DNA of 38,049 nucleotides from Chiloscyllium plagiosum (lineage: Eukaryota), in NCBI RefSeq assembly GCF_004010195.1, contig NC_057718.1, forward strand, positions 40,523,273-40,561,321, in the 5' to 3' direction. Below are positions 12,871-24,994 of this stretch, piece after piece (the stretch's first letter is position 1; each line of letters starts with the position of its first letter). A program made the translations under genes and the position numbers. The notes beneath the pieces were generated by a model. It ran no database searches, had not been told where the DNA came from, and was given only the letters and a program-made list of their open reading frames with translations.

Positions 12871-13138
12871 GGAACATAGAACAGTACAGGCCCTTCCGCT
12901 CTCAATGTTGTGCTGATCTTTTATCATACTCTAAGATCAAACTAACCTACATACTATCTTCCTTGTGCCTATCCAAGAGTCACTGAAATGTCCCTATGTC
13001 CAAAGGCGCAGCAATCTTTTCCCTTGCTTCCCATGGTAACCTTGGGTATATCCTATCTGACCCAGGACACTTATCTATGCTCATGATTTTCAAAATTTCC
13101 AGCACATCCTCCTTGTTAACATTAACTTGTTTGAGAAT
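12871..13138 (-). mobile_element. CR1 LINE piece (tail plus ORF2 segment), left part of a split element
   Basis: gaacatagaacagtacaggccc tail, then ORF2-like sequence that resumes at 14063 after the + strand CR1. Confidence 0.65.
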
Positions 13139-13140
13139 AA

Positions 13141-14062
13141 TACAGTTAGTAAGTTTGCAGGTAACACCAAAATTGGAGGTGTAGTGGACAGCGAAGTAGG
13201 TTACCTCAGATTACAACAGGATCTGGACCAGATGGGCCAATGGGCTGAGAAGTGGCAGATGGAGTTTAATTCAGATAAATGTGAGGTGCTGCATTTTGGG
13301 AAAGCAAATCTTAGCAGAACTTATACACTTAATGGTAAGGTCCTAGGGAGTGTTGCTGAACAAAGAGACCTTGGAGTGAGGTTCATAGCTCCTTGAAAGT
13401 GGAGTCGCAGGTAGATAGGATAGTGAAGAAGGCATTTGGTATGCTTTCGTTTATTGGTCAGAGCATTGAGTACAGGAGTTGGGAGGTCATGTTGCAGGAC
13501 ATTGGTTAGGCAACTGTTGGAATATTGCATGCAATTCTGGTCTCCTTCCTCTCGGAAAGATGTTGCGTAACTGGAAAGTGTTCAGAAAAGATTTACAAGG
13601 ATGTTGCCAGGGTTGGAGGATTTGAACTATAGGGAGAGGCTGAACAGGCTGGGGCTTTTTTTCCCTGGAGTGTCAGAGGCTGAGGGGTGACCTCATAGAG
13701 GTTTACAAAATTATGAGGGGCATGGATAGGATAAATAGACAAAGTCTTTTTCCTGGGGTGTGGGAGTCCAGAACTAGAGGGCATAGGTTTAGGGTGAGAG
13801 GGGAAAGATATAAAAGAGACCTAAGGGGTAACCTTTTCACACAGAGGGTGGTACATGTATGGAATAAGCTGCCAGAGGAAGTGATGGAGGCTGGTACAAT
13901 TGCAACATTTAAAAGGCATTTGGGTGGTATATGAATAGGAAGGGTTTGGAGGGATATGGGCCAGGTGCTGGCGGGTGGGACCAGATTGGGTTGGGTTATC
14001 TGGTGGGCATGGACAGGTTGGACCGAAGGGTCTGTTTCCATGCTGTACATCTCTATGACTCT
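13141..14062 (+). mobile_element. CR1/HER1-like LINE, 5'-truncated
   Basis: VSKFAGNTKIGGVVDSE...MEFNSDKCEVLHFG; TRGHRFRVRGERY...FTQRVVHVWNKLP; tail ctctatgactct. Confidence 0.95.
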
Positions 14063-15240
14063 ACATCAGCCTGTTTAATGCTGTCCTCACAAACGACAAG
14101 GTCCCTCTCACTAGTGAATACTGAAGCAAAGTATTCATTAAGGACTTTCCCTACCTCCTCTAAGTTCATGTACAAGTTCCCTCCACTATCCCTGATCAGC
14201 CCTATCCTCACTCTGGCCATCCTCTTGTTCCTCACATTAGTGTAGAACACCTTAGAGTTTTCCTTAATCCTACCCGCCAAGGCTTTTTCATGCCCCCTTC
14301 TAGCTCTCCATTCTTCAGTTCCTTCCTGGCTACCTTGTAACCCTTTAGAGCCCTGTCTGATCCTTGCCTCCTCAACCTTAAGGAAGCTTCTTTCTTCCTC
14401 TTGACTAGATGTTCCACATCTCTTGTCATCCAAGGTTCCTTCACACTACCATCTGTTCCTTGCCTCAGTGGGACAAACTTTTCTAGAACTCGCAGCAAGT
14501 GCTCCCTAGACGACCTCCACATTTTGTCATGCATTTCCCTAACAATATCTGTTGCCAAGTTATGCTCCACAGTTCCTGCGTAATAGCATTTTAATTCCCC
14601 CTCCCCCAATCAAATGCTTTTCCATACTGTCTGCTCCTGTCCCTCTCTATGACTATAGTAAAGGATAGGGAGTTGTGATCACGGTCTCCAAACTTTTCTC
14701 CCACTGAGAGATCTGAGCACCACATCCAATATGGCCTTCCCTCTAGTTGGGTCAGGAATCCTTCATAGACACACCTGACAAAATCTGCTCCATCCAAACG
14801 AATTGCACTAAGAGGTTTCCAATCAATATTAGGGAAATTGAAGTCACCCTTGACAACAACCCTGTTACTTCTGCACCTTTCCAAAATCTGCCTCCCAATC
14901 TGCTCCTCTATGTCTCTGTTGCATTGGAGCGGGGGTGGGGGTGGTGGGTCCCCTCACCCCAGTAATTGTTGGGCCAGCTATCCCAGCAGCTCTGACAGAC
15001 CTGTCACTAACCTCATAGTAACCTGATTAATGTTGCTACCTTTGAGCATGTGGTCTCCACCCATACTAACTCAATAGACAAACCCTCCTTAATGACCTCC
15101 CCTTCTGCAACTGTGATACTATCCTTGATGAGCAATGCCGCTCCCCCACCTCTTTTAACTCCCTCCCTATTCCTTTTGAAACATCTAAACCCCAGAACAT
15201 CCAACAACCATCCCTGCCCCTGTAATATCCAAGTCTCTCA
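14063..15240 (-). mobile_element. CR1 LINE ORF2 endonuclease/tether region
   Basis: FKRNREGVKRGGGAALLIK, VVVKGDFNFPNIDW, GDRDHNSLSF, RIKENSKVFYTNVRNKR. Confidence 0.9.
14950..15053 (+). repeat. 104-bp copy of 16574-16677 embedded in CR1
   Basis: Direct alignment, 7 mismatches in 104 bp. Confidence 0.9.
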
Positions 15241-15267
15241 TTGGCTAACAGTTGACCCATTTCCTGG

Positions 15268-15463
15268 GAATTGGTTTAGCTCAGTTGGCTGAATTGTTGG
15301 TTTGCAGAGCAGTATGATGCCAACAGTGTGGGAAGAACTCTCCTTCTCAACCTCTTCCCTTGCCTGAGGTTTGGTGTCCCTCAGGTTAAATCATCACTAG
15401 TTGCTTCTCTCTAATGAGAGAGGAGCCCCTGTCGTCTGGTAAGCCTATGGTGATACAACAACA
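15268..15463 (+). mobile_element. Old tRNA-derived SINE (not HE1)
   Basis: A-box-like ttagctcagttgg, hairpin cctgagg...cctcagg, ends ...ctatggtgat(aca)n; B-box region apparently lost. Confidence 0.5.
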
Positions 15464-15465
15464 AC

Positions 15466-16422
15466 TCATATTCCTCTAAATCCTTCCCATTGATATACCC
15501 ACCCAGATGCCTTTTAAATGTTGTAATTTTTATTACCTGCACCATCTTCTCTGGCAGCTCATTCCATACAAGCACCACCAACTGTGTGAAAAAGTTACCT
15601 CTCAGTACCTTTTTAAATTGTTCCTCTCTCACCTTAAACCTATGCCCTCTAGTTTTGGACTCCCCAACCCTGGGAAAAAAATATCTTGGCTATCCATGCT
15701 CAACGTGATTTTATAAACTTCTATAAGGTCATCCCTCAGCCTCCAACACTCGAGGGAAAACAGCTCCCAGCCTATTCAGCCTCTCCCTTTAGCTCAAACC
15801 GTCCAACCCTGGCAACCCCCTTATAAATCTTTTCTGATCCATTTCCAATTCAACAACATGTTCCCTATAGTAGGGAGACCTTGTTCAGATGGGCCAATGG
15901 GCCAAGGAGTGGCAGAAGGAGTTTAATTTAGAATTGAACTCAGTATTCTGAAAGTGGCTTCACCAATGCCCTGTGCAGCCACAACATGATGTCCCAGCTC
16001 CTGAACTCAGTGTATTGGCCAATGAAGGCAAGCATTCCAAAAGCCTTCTTCACTACCTTGTCTACCTGTGACTCCACTCCCATGGAACTATGCACCTGCA
16101 CCTCAGGTCTCTTTGTTCGGCGATGCTCCCAGGGCCATTAACTGTCATTAACTGTGTAACTTCTGCCCTGATTTACCTTTCCAAAATGCAGCACCTCACA
16201 TGTATCTAAATTAAACTCCATCTGCCACCCCTCGGCCCATTGGCCCATCTAATCTAGGTCCCATTGTACGCTGAGATAACCTTCTTCACTATCTACTACA
16301 CTTCCAATTTTAGTGTCATATGCAAACTTACTAACCATTCCTCATATATTCACATCCAAATTATTTATATAAATGACAAAAAAGAGTGGACCTAGTACCA
16401 ATGCCTGTGGCACACCACTCAT
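15466..16422 (-). mobile_element. CR1/HER1-like LINE, truncated
   Basis: SGVPQALVLGPLFFVIYINNLD and FFTQLVVLVWNELPE on the minus strand. Confidence 0.9.
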
Positions 16423-16573
16423 TGCAAGATCACCAGGTAAACTCTGATAGCCATCCACCGAGTGTCTTGCAAGCTCCCCTCTGATTATTGGGCGATCCAT
16501 GGCCCATGGTGGAGAGTCCAATGGCAATGGATGCACCATGTCCAGGGTATTGTTGCCCTTAAAACCATAGTTA

Positions 16574-16677
16574 CCCCTCACCCCAGTAATTGTTGGGCCA
16601 GCTATCCCAGCAGCTCTGACAGGCCTGTCACTATCTTCTTAGTAACCTGATTAATGGTGCTGCCTCTGAGCATGTGG
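16574..16677 (+). repeat. Second copy (probable donor) of the 104-bp segment
   Basis: Matches 14950-15053. Confidence 0.9.
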
Positions 16678-19254
16678 GCTGGGTTGTTTCAGAAGCTGGT
16701 GAAAGAAATGGAGTTAAATATGTTGTGAGGCAGACTTAACATTCCCTATAGAACATCTTTACCTAAAGTGTCGCTGCACCGGCAGAGATTACATCAATAG
16801 TGACCACTATAGATTAGCCAACAACCACTATCTCCATCCACTAGGTACTGAAAAATGATTACACTGGATTTACCTCTACCAGGCATTAAATAGCAGCCAA
16901 TTTGCACATGTGTACAACAATCACAGAATCCAGAAATACCATTACATGTGCGCAGGGGCTGCTATGGCTCTTTTTGTCTCATTTTTGATGTTTAGAATAA
17001 CTCCAAATTTTAATCAGATAGGTTATGCTTGGGACCAGTTGAAGACCTTTCCAAAGAGGATTAAAGTAGTCCAAGGTAAACCACTTTGGCTTATGAATTC
17101 AATTTGAAGCTTGTGCCTGAAAATTAGTCAGCTTCTGAAGTATTAGACAGCCTTTAAAATTGCTGAAATAATCCTTATTGGCATTTTGAGTTTGAGGCAG
17201 AACAATTCAAGAAATTTAAAGATCCAATTGCAAGGAAGAAAGTGAGGGTTTAGCCAGTGAAAATGACCACAAATACTGCAAGGACTCTTTGTGGCTGTAA
17301 ATAACAAGATGGTAAAAGCAAAAAATACCAATAACCTCTAGCAGCAATTCATACAGCTACTGGACCAGATACACTTGGTTGGCATAGTAAATGATAAACA
17401 AGCACATGAGGAAAATTTACTACAATTCAAATAATCAATTATTGGAAATACATAGTGACTCATTGTCAGAAATAGAAAATGTAATTTTGAACAGTGGTTA
17501 AAATATCATTACTAGAAGCAAACATCTTTTACAGGTGGTAACAGATCTACTGCTTGTTTTTATTAACTCACCTAAGATTAAGGAGACCTTACTAGTCTGA
17601 ATCTGTCTCTTCTTTCCCTATGTGCACTGGGTTATACAGATAGGGGGCAAGTGTTTTCTAGGCAAACATGTATTCACTTAAGAGGAGGCAATGGAAATAT
17701 GCAATGAATGCAAAAGCTGTTTATTAAACCCTGAACATTCAAAGCCATTTTCTATGATGTGACTATATTAATTAGGAAGTGCAGTTGCTCATGTTCGCAA
17801 ACCATTATGATCAAATGTTTGAAGTCGAAGACTGCAATGCTTAATAAACATACCAAAGGTATCACAGAAATATAACTGCTGTCTGTGCTAATGAGGACTA
17901 GCTACTGATTGATGGGGAGGCACAGAAAATTGAACTACAAAGTGTATTTCATGTGAGCACCAAGCTCTTACCTCAACATACCACAGATGTGAAGTTGTTG
18001 TTTTATATAGTTAACCTCAAGATCCCTTATGATTTGGATAAAATAGCACAAAGTCATGGGCCTAGAATGTGAAATTTGCTGCAATAATTGAGTTGAGCAG
18101 CATAAATACATTTCAGGAAAGGCCTGACAAGTATATATACAAGGGAGAAAGAAATAGAAGATTATGCCCCCAGGATTAAAAGCAGAATAAGCATCATTGT
18201 ACACCATTTGGGCTGAGTGGCCTAATTCTGTAAATTCTGTGAAATTGGCTAGTGTTAATGTGAACTGGTAAGAAAGGTGATATGGTTAGTTGGGGCCATT
18301 AGAACTGTGGGGGGGGGGGGGGTGACCAGGCTGAGGGGCCCATCAGCAAGCAGGAGGAGGACTTTGGGCAAGGAGTGGTAGATATTCAGGAGAGAACAGG
18401 GACTGGGGCAGCACACAAACTGGAAGGAAGGGAAGTTGATTGGGAGCAGGAGGGAAGGGATGACGATGCAGGTTCCTGTAGTGAAATATGCCAGGACGGC
18501 CAAAATGACATGTCTCCATCAGCAATTAGTCAGTTATTGTGTGTGTGTGTTTGGAAATTTGAGGACAGGAGGCAATGATGCATTTACATCTGGACTGCTG
18601 TCTTAGTGATGATAGCACGTGACAATTTGAAACAGAATCAGAACTGAGAACCTGAAACTCTCTCGAGGCTGAAGAGGACAGGAGCTCCAATAGGGGCAGT
18701 AATTAACAATATCTTCAAGGATGGCAACTAGAATTGGCCTGATTACTAAGTAACTTCTCTTTGATCCCAGATCCTTCTCCAATGTTACATAGGTTTCATG
18801 ACCTGAAAAGGCCTGGCAAATGTTATGGCTAGAAGTTACTATTGACATATATTTCTCACACTGCAAACATTGCACCTTCGGGTAAGTTTAGAGCTTTCAC
18901 AAAAGTGAGAGTGCAGATAATTTTTTTTTGTCTTGCATTCATTTTATCTTGCCACTCATCTATGAAGTACCTTGTGACATTGTTTGAAGTTGGAGTCTCT
19001 GCACAATTTCAAGTATTTTTCTGCCTGATTTTCAATACTCGCTAGACTTAGGATTTCCAGTGAGCCTAGACAGAGAATTAATTAAATCTTTCTGGATAGT
19101 GAAGGGATTTGTTTCGCAATCTAGTAAGTATTGTACTTGTCAATATTAGGAGGGCAGAAATGTTTCATACATTTTCACACTTCACATCAGTGCAAATAAT
19201 GAAAGCAGAGTAAACCCCTCTCTATTTTGTCCAACAATAGAGCCAACCTCAAAT

Positions 19255-19410
19255 AAATTCCCTCCTTAAGGGCATTGTGGGTCTACCTACAGCACATAGA
19301 CTGTGGCGATTCAAGATGGCAGCTTATCTCTGCCTTCTCAAGGGCAACTAGGGATGAGCAATAAATGTTGGATCGCCAGCGATGCTCACATCTCATAAGT
19401 GAATAAAAGA
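19255..19410 (+). mobile_element. L2/Crack-like LINE extreme 3' end
   Basis: ccttctcaagggcaactagggatgagcaataaatg...gaataaaa, homologous to 11590-11730. Confidence 0.6.
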
Positions 19411-20739
19411 ACACTCTCATAGCAACAGTCAAGCATTGTTATGTTCTAATAAAAAGTGACACTGATTGACAATGAACAATGAACTGATGAGAGCTTTATG
19501 AATACTATGAATTTATTTTAGCATACAGAACTAAGCTGAGACTGTGCAATACACTTTGCAAAGAATCTTTGCAAACAGTGAGGACACCATTCATCTGTGT
19601 CGAATTTGAACGAAGAAACCAGAATTAAATGAGCAATGTTGTTACTTGTGATACCATCTAATCTCTTCAGAGAGAAAAGTCACTTTAGAATAAATCTGTT
19701 ACTATCTAAACTATTGTACAGTTCAATTACAGGTAATTTAGCTTTAGATCTAACCATTTCCAAATGTTTTGTATTTGCAGAATTTACTGTGCTGATTGTC
19801 TGCAAGGCATCCTTTGGGAGATAAGGACAATATCTGCTGAAATTTGCCATTAAATATTTTGCAAATAAATAGAGACCAACCCAGAATTGATGGAAGGAAT
19901 TTTACTGTGAGTGAACTTTTGAATGGGGCAGGAGGAAAGTGAAATCCTGGGAAACTATGAGCATGTGGGGAAGCTGGCTCCAACTCATTGCCTTGTGTAA
20001 TAATCCTATTGAAGGCTGCTCCCGCCAGCAGGATCAGATTCAGCAACATGGAACAGGAAGTAGTATGGTTGGTGAGCTGGGGAGGAAGAAAGCGGTGAGG
20101 AAGGGGGTTGGTAAAGCAGGGAAAAATTGGGAAATGGAACTACCCCTGAGCCAGTCCTCACTTTCCCAATCATCCCTCTCCTGGTCAGCTTCACTTCTCT
20201 GCTAGCAATGAGCTGGTGAACACTTTGCTGAAAAGCATAGGAAATAAACAGTTATGATCAGAGTCAAATAACATATTTAAAGTAGCGTTCATAGAGTGCA
20301 AGCAATTAGTGAACGTTGGCATGCAGCCTTGATATTGCAACATTTGGTGTTCGGGCTGCTGTCCACCTTTTCCCTGGATGAAGATCACTTTGCAAAGCAT
20401 GCATAACATGCCACTAATGCTTGAGGTGAGCTACCTGAATCATCACACTTGAAATGCTGAGCTGCTGCATTGCCCGCATTAATTCTGTGCATCTTTCATG
20501 GATATGGAGCTCTTATGGAGAGTTACCTTTATCATGGACAATCTTGACCAACACTGCTGAACGTGTGAAATTTCTATGGAGATATTAGAAATAAGTTAAT
20601 AGATGTTGTAAAAGTAGAAATGCTTGATGCTAACATTGTGAACATAATTCGGGCTTCAATAAAATCAAATCGATGTGACTGTTGTATATCATATAGTGTC
20701 CAATATTTACTTCTGTCACCAGGTAGCTGAAAGGATCAT

Positions 20740-21550
20740 ATTTCTGACAGCCATGCAGGCCAAGCCCCCCACTGGTCTTCTGTGTCACCTCCTCTGCAGA
20801 TATCATTTAATAGAAGACTTAATGGGCATGTCCAATTCTCAGTCACGCTTTGCTGTTCTCTGCTCTCTTTTTCCAGAAGAAGAGAAAGAAAAAGACCTGA
20901 GTGAGAGTACTGTGTGTTCACTGAAGTGATAGTGAACACCTGTAATAAGTGACTATGGAAGAGGGGCATGACATTGCATAAGGATGAGTGTCAGTTTTGG
21001 ACAGATGAGTGGGGGTATGAGGAAATGTGGAGACAGATGGATTCCCCTACATGATAAGTCAGTGTGAGGAGTGATGCACTGGTGTAATTCTGAGAAGGCA
21101 GAGTGAAGGATTGAGTTGCATGTACCTCAGGATGTAGTGTGGTACTCACCTTTAATGCTCTGTTTCTGACACAATACTACTTCAGCATTGAATCCAAGAG
21201 TGCGGCACCAAATGTAACCAACTGGCCAATCTCCAAATAGTGTTCTTTGAATTACCTGCTGACTACTTCCCATTGAGAGACAAAAAAAACTGCAGATACT
21301 GGAATCCAAAGCAGACAAGCAGGATCCTGGAAAAACACAGCAAGCCAGGCATTATAAGGAGTAGCTTCTGATGATGCCTGACTTGCTGTATCCTGATGAT
21401 GCCTGGCTTACTGTATCCTTCCAGCCTCCTGCTTGGCTTCTCCCCATTAACAAGGAAGAGGCTCCCTCCAGGCTCTTTGTGCCAGACCTGAACAGCAAGT
21501 TAGAGAACTTCACTAAAATGAAACACAGTCATTGACTTTCTACCTTCTTC
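20740..21550 (-). mobile_element. Probable decayed PIF/Harbinger Myb/SANT-like gene (two exons)
   Basis: Minus strand: VFHFSE...LFLVNG...LEIGQLV...SWIQC* before a donor AAG|GTGAGT near 21144-21152; then pyrimidine tract and KRAENSKA*LRIG...AEEV. Heavily mutated. Confidence 0.4.
21275..21439 (-). mobile_element. Degraded fold-back PLE pLTR insertion (family E)
   Basis: Arms 21313-21352 / 21399-21438, 38-nt unpaired tail, CTGATGA in a 25-bp tandem duplication, putative TSD cttcccatt/ctccccatt. Confidence 0.6.
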
Positions 21551-22195
21551 TCTTGTCACCTCCAAATAATTATATGTTTTGAATGGCCTGTTAAACAGTG
21601 GCATTGAAATCACACCATGTACATCCTCATTAAGCCTGCTGCTGATAATTGATTGAGACACCTCATGTATTGATGCAGTGGCCCTGTTAAAAATTCGCTG
21701 AAGAACATGCGTCATGAACTTTGGTGTTTCCCACACAAGGCTGAGGGCATGTCTGCCAGCATGTCCGCACATTACACTCCAGGCCAGCATTCCTTCTCTA
21801 TTTCAGAAGCTGATCCAACTTCTGTGGCCTTACTGCATTTTCTGTTCCTTCTTTCAATCCTTTCATATCATTCATGAGGTCATATCCTTCTACATCATAA
21901 AATGGAACAGTTTGTGGAGACATTCATGCCCATTTCAAGAAAGATAATTTCAACAGAAAGCAGCTCACGGAGCTCATTGTGCTGAACTGAATGACCTCAG
22001 AAATCATATTCAAAGCTAATGAAATAGATTCTGTAACACTGACACTAATTATGCCAAGCTTTTACTTATGCTTCGTTGTATTTTATATATTTAACAAATT
22101 TTATTCTTCTTGTAGGTTTTCAAAAGAAAAGGTCATATTTGCAAATCTCACTGCCATTGCTCATTAATTATATTCAGCTGACCAGCTTTTTTATT

Positions 22196-22757
22196 GGCAT
22201 TTATATAAATGATTTGGATGTGAACATAGGAGGTATAGTTGGTAAGTTTTGCAGGTGACACCAAAATTACTGGTGCAGTGGATAGTGAAGAAGGTTATCT
22301 AAGATTACAAAGAGGTCTTGATAAGTTGGGCCAATGAGCTGAGGAGTGGAAGATGGAGTCTAATTTAGATAAATGTGAGGTATTGCATTTTAGAAAGGCA
22401 AACCAGGGTAGGACTTATACACTTAATGGTAGGTCTTGAGGAGTGTTGCTGAACAAAGGGACCTTGAGATGCAAGTCCAATGTTCCTTGAAAGTGGAGCT
22501 GCAGGTAAACTAGATGGTGAAGAAGGCATTTGGTATGCTTGCCTTTATTGTTCAGTGCATTAAGTATAGGAATTGGGATGTCATGTCGTAGCTGTATGGG
22601 GTATTGGTTATGCCACTATTGGAATATTGTGATCATTTCTACAATTTCTGCTAATAGAAACGATGTTGTTAAACTTGAAACAGTTCAGAAGAGACTTGCA
22701 AGGATGTTGCCAGGATTGTAGGGTTTGAGTTATAGGGAGAGGCTGAATAGAGTCCTG
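22196..22757 (+). mobile_element. CR1 LINE RT C-terminal fragment
   Basis: IYINDLDVNIGGIVGKF...; DVVKLETVQKRLARMLPGL. Confidence 0.9.
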
Positions 22758-23170
22758 GAGTCATAGAGATGTACAGCACAGAAACAGATCTTTCGGTCCA
22801 ACTCGTCCATGCCGACCAGATATCCTAAATTAATCTAGTCCCATTTGCCAGCACTTGGCCCATATCCTTCTAAACCCTCCCTATTCATATACTCATCTAA
22901 ATACCTTTTAAATGTTGTATTTGTACCAGCCTCCACCACCTCCTCTGACAACTCATTCCATACATGCATCACTCTCTTCATGAAAATGTTGTCCATTAGG
23001 TCCCTTTAAAATATCTCCCCTCTCACTCTAAATTTATGCTGTCTAATTTTGGACTTCCCTGCCCTGGGAAAAGAACTTGGCTATTCACCCTATCCATGTC
23101 TGTTATGATTTTATAAACTTCTATAAGGTCACCATTCAGTCACCAGCATTCCAAGAAAATAGCTATAGCC
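22758..23170 (-). mobile_element. CR1/HER1 3' end, 5'-truncated
   Basis: gagtcatagagatgtacagcacagaaacag is the reverse complement of the CR1 tail. Confidence 0.9.
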
Positions 23171-23690
23171 TTTTGGAGTGCAATTCCATAGTTCCTTGAA
23201 AGTAGAGTCATGGTAGATAGGATAGTGAAGAAGGCATTTGGTATGCTTTCCTTTATTGCACAGAGCATTGGGTATAGGCTTTGGGAGGTCATTATGCGGC
23301 TGAACAGGACATTGGTTAGGCCACTTTTGGAATATTGCATGCCATTCTAGTCTCTCTCCTATCGGAAGGATGTTGTGAGACTTCAAAACATTCAGAAAAG
23401 ATTTACAAGGATGTTGCCAGTGTTGGAGGATTTAAGCTACAGGGAGAGGTTGAATAGGCAGGGGCTGTTTTCCCTGGAGTGTCAGAGGTGTTGGTCAATT
23501 CAGAGGAATTGGTGGACGCTGGTACAATACAACATTTAAAAGGCATCTGAATGGATACACGAATAGGTTTAGAAGATTATGGGCCAAATGCTGGCAAATG
23601 GAACTAGATTAATTTAGGATATCTGGGTGGCATTACCGAGTTGGACTGAATAATCTGTTTCAGTGCTAAACAATTCTATGACCCTATGAA
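23171..23690 (+). mobile_element. CR1/HER1 3' fragment with internal deletion
   Basis: Near match to 13370-13680, a jump near 23490, then tail ttctatgaccctatga. Confidence 0.9.
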
Positions 23691-23754
23691 CATATATCTA
23701 AAGTTTTCAGAAATTCTGAACACCATCTGATTGTGCTAAAGTAAGTTGAGATAA

Positions 23755-24198
23755 CAGGATGATGCCAGGTGTGGAAGGTTGGAGTTATAAAGAAAGATTG
23801 GATAGGCTGGGACTTTTTTCATCGGAGCATAGAAAGTTCAGAGGTGACATTATTGAAGTTTATGAAGTAATGAGGGGTATAGATAGAGTTAAAGGCAAAT
23901 GTTTTTTCTAGATTGGGGGATTTCAAGACTAGGAGGCAAGTTTTTAAGGTGAGAAGAGAGAGACATTTAGAAAAAACATGAGGGGCAATTTTTTTACTCA
24001 GAAAGTGGTTCATATGTGAAATGAACTTCCTGAGGAAGTGGTGGATGTGGGTACAATTACAACATTTAAGAAGCATTTGATTGATTACATGAGCAGGAAC
24101 AGGCAGGTGGGACTAGTTTAGTTTGGGATTATGTTCGGTATGGACTGGTTGAACTGAAAGATCTGTTTCCATGCTGGATGGCTCTGTGACTCTATAAC
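23755..24198 (+). mobile_element. CR1 3' fragment, different subfamily
   Basis: RMMPGVEGWSYKERLDRLGLF...FTQKVVHM*NELPEEVV; tail ctctgtgactctataact. Confidence 0.9.
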
Positions 24199-24710
24199 TA
24201 CTTCTTTACTGTTTTATTTGTTTCATTAGCTTGGTGAACTGTTCAGCTTTTAATAATGCTGTGATAAAAACACTCTGAACCAGAGGATCTGCTTATAAAT
24301 ATCTTGCTGTGACATTGCACCTCATTTCCAGTTCATATTTTAAAATGAAATGAGCACAGCCATTTCCAGTTAATTGGTCTGTTCCTTTGTGTCAGATTTT
24401 GCAACATGACAAGGGAACTCGCATGCAATTATTTCATGCTTTTGGTTTGTGGGGATTATTGCATATAAATACAACTAGTACAAGTTTTACAATTAATCAA
24501 CCTGAAATAACAGGCAAAACTGATAGCCTGGAAATTCCTGCAGTGGTGTAAACCATAAGGTACACCAAAGTTTTATGGCTCTTGCTATGCTGGTGATGCT
24601 GGTGCCAACTTAGATTTGAGTTTCTGGTGAACTGAACCAGACTTAAGTCTAAATGTAAGACTCAATTTAAAAAGAAATACAATAATAAAATATTACTGTA
24701 ACAATCCATG

Positions 24711-24823
24711 GAATCATAGAATCCTTACAATGTGCTATTTGGCCAATTGAATCTACACTGACCTCTGAAGACCATCCCACCCTATCCCCGTAACCCTGCA
24801 CTTTTTTTTACCATGTCTAATTC
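24711..24823 (-). mobile_element. Older HE1-like SINE 3' fragment
   Basis: gaatcatagaatccttaca...ccctatccccgtaaccctgcac...ccatgtctaattca. Confidence 0.5.
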
Positions 24824-24994
24824 AAAGAGTCTCCATCCAAGTAAAGCCCAAGAAATGGTGCCGCAAGCTATGGCCCTCCAGAAGTAGCTTCTGTTGGGAC
24901 AACAGCTCCTGAGGGTGAGTTACCATCCCTAATAGGATAAATGTCCTGGTGACACCTTCCTAAATGGTCAGCATCAAGAAGCTGCCTCCCTAGG

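Noticed and set aside
18309..18322. G14 run as a functional G-quadruplex element
   Set aside because: Simple homopolymer with no supporting context.
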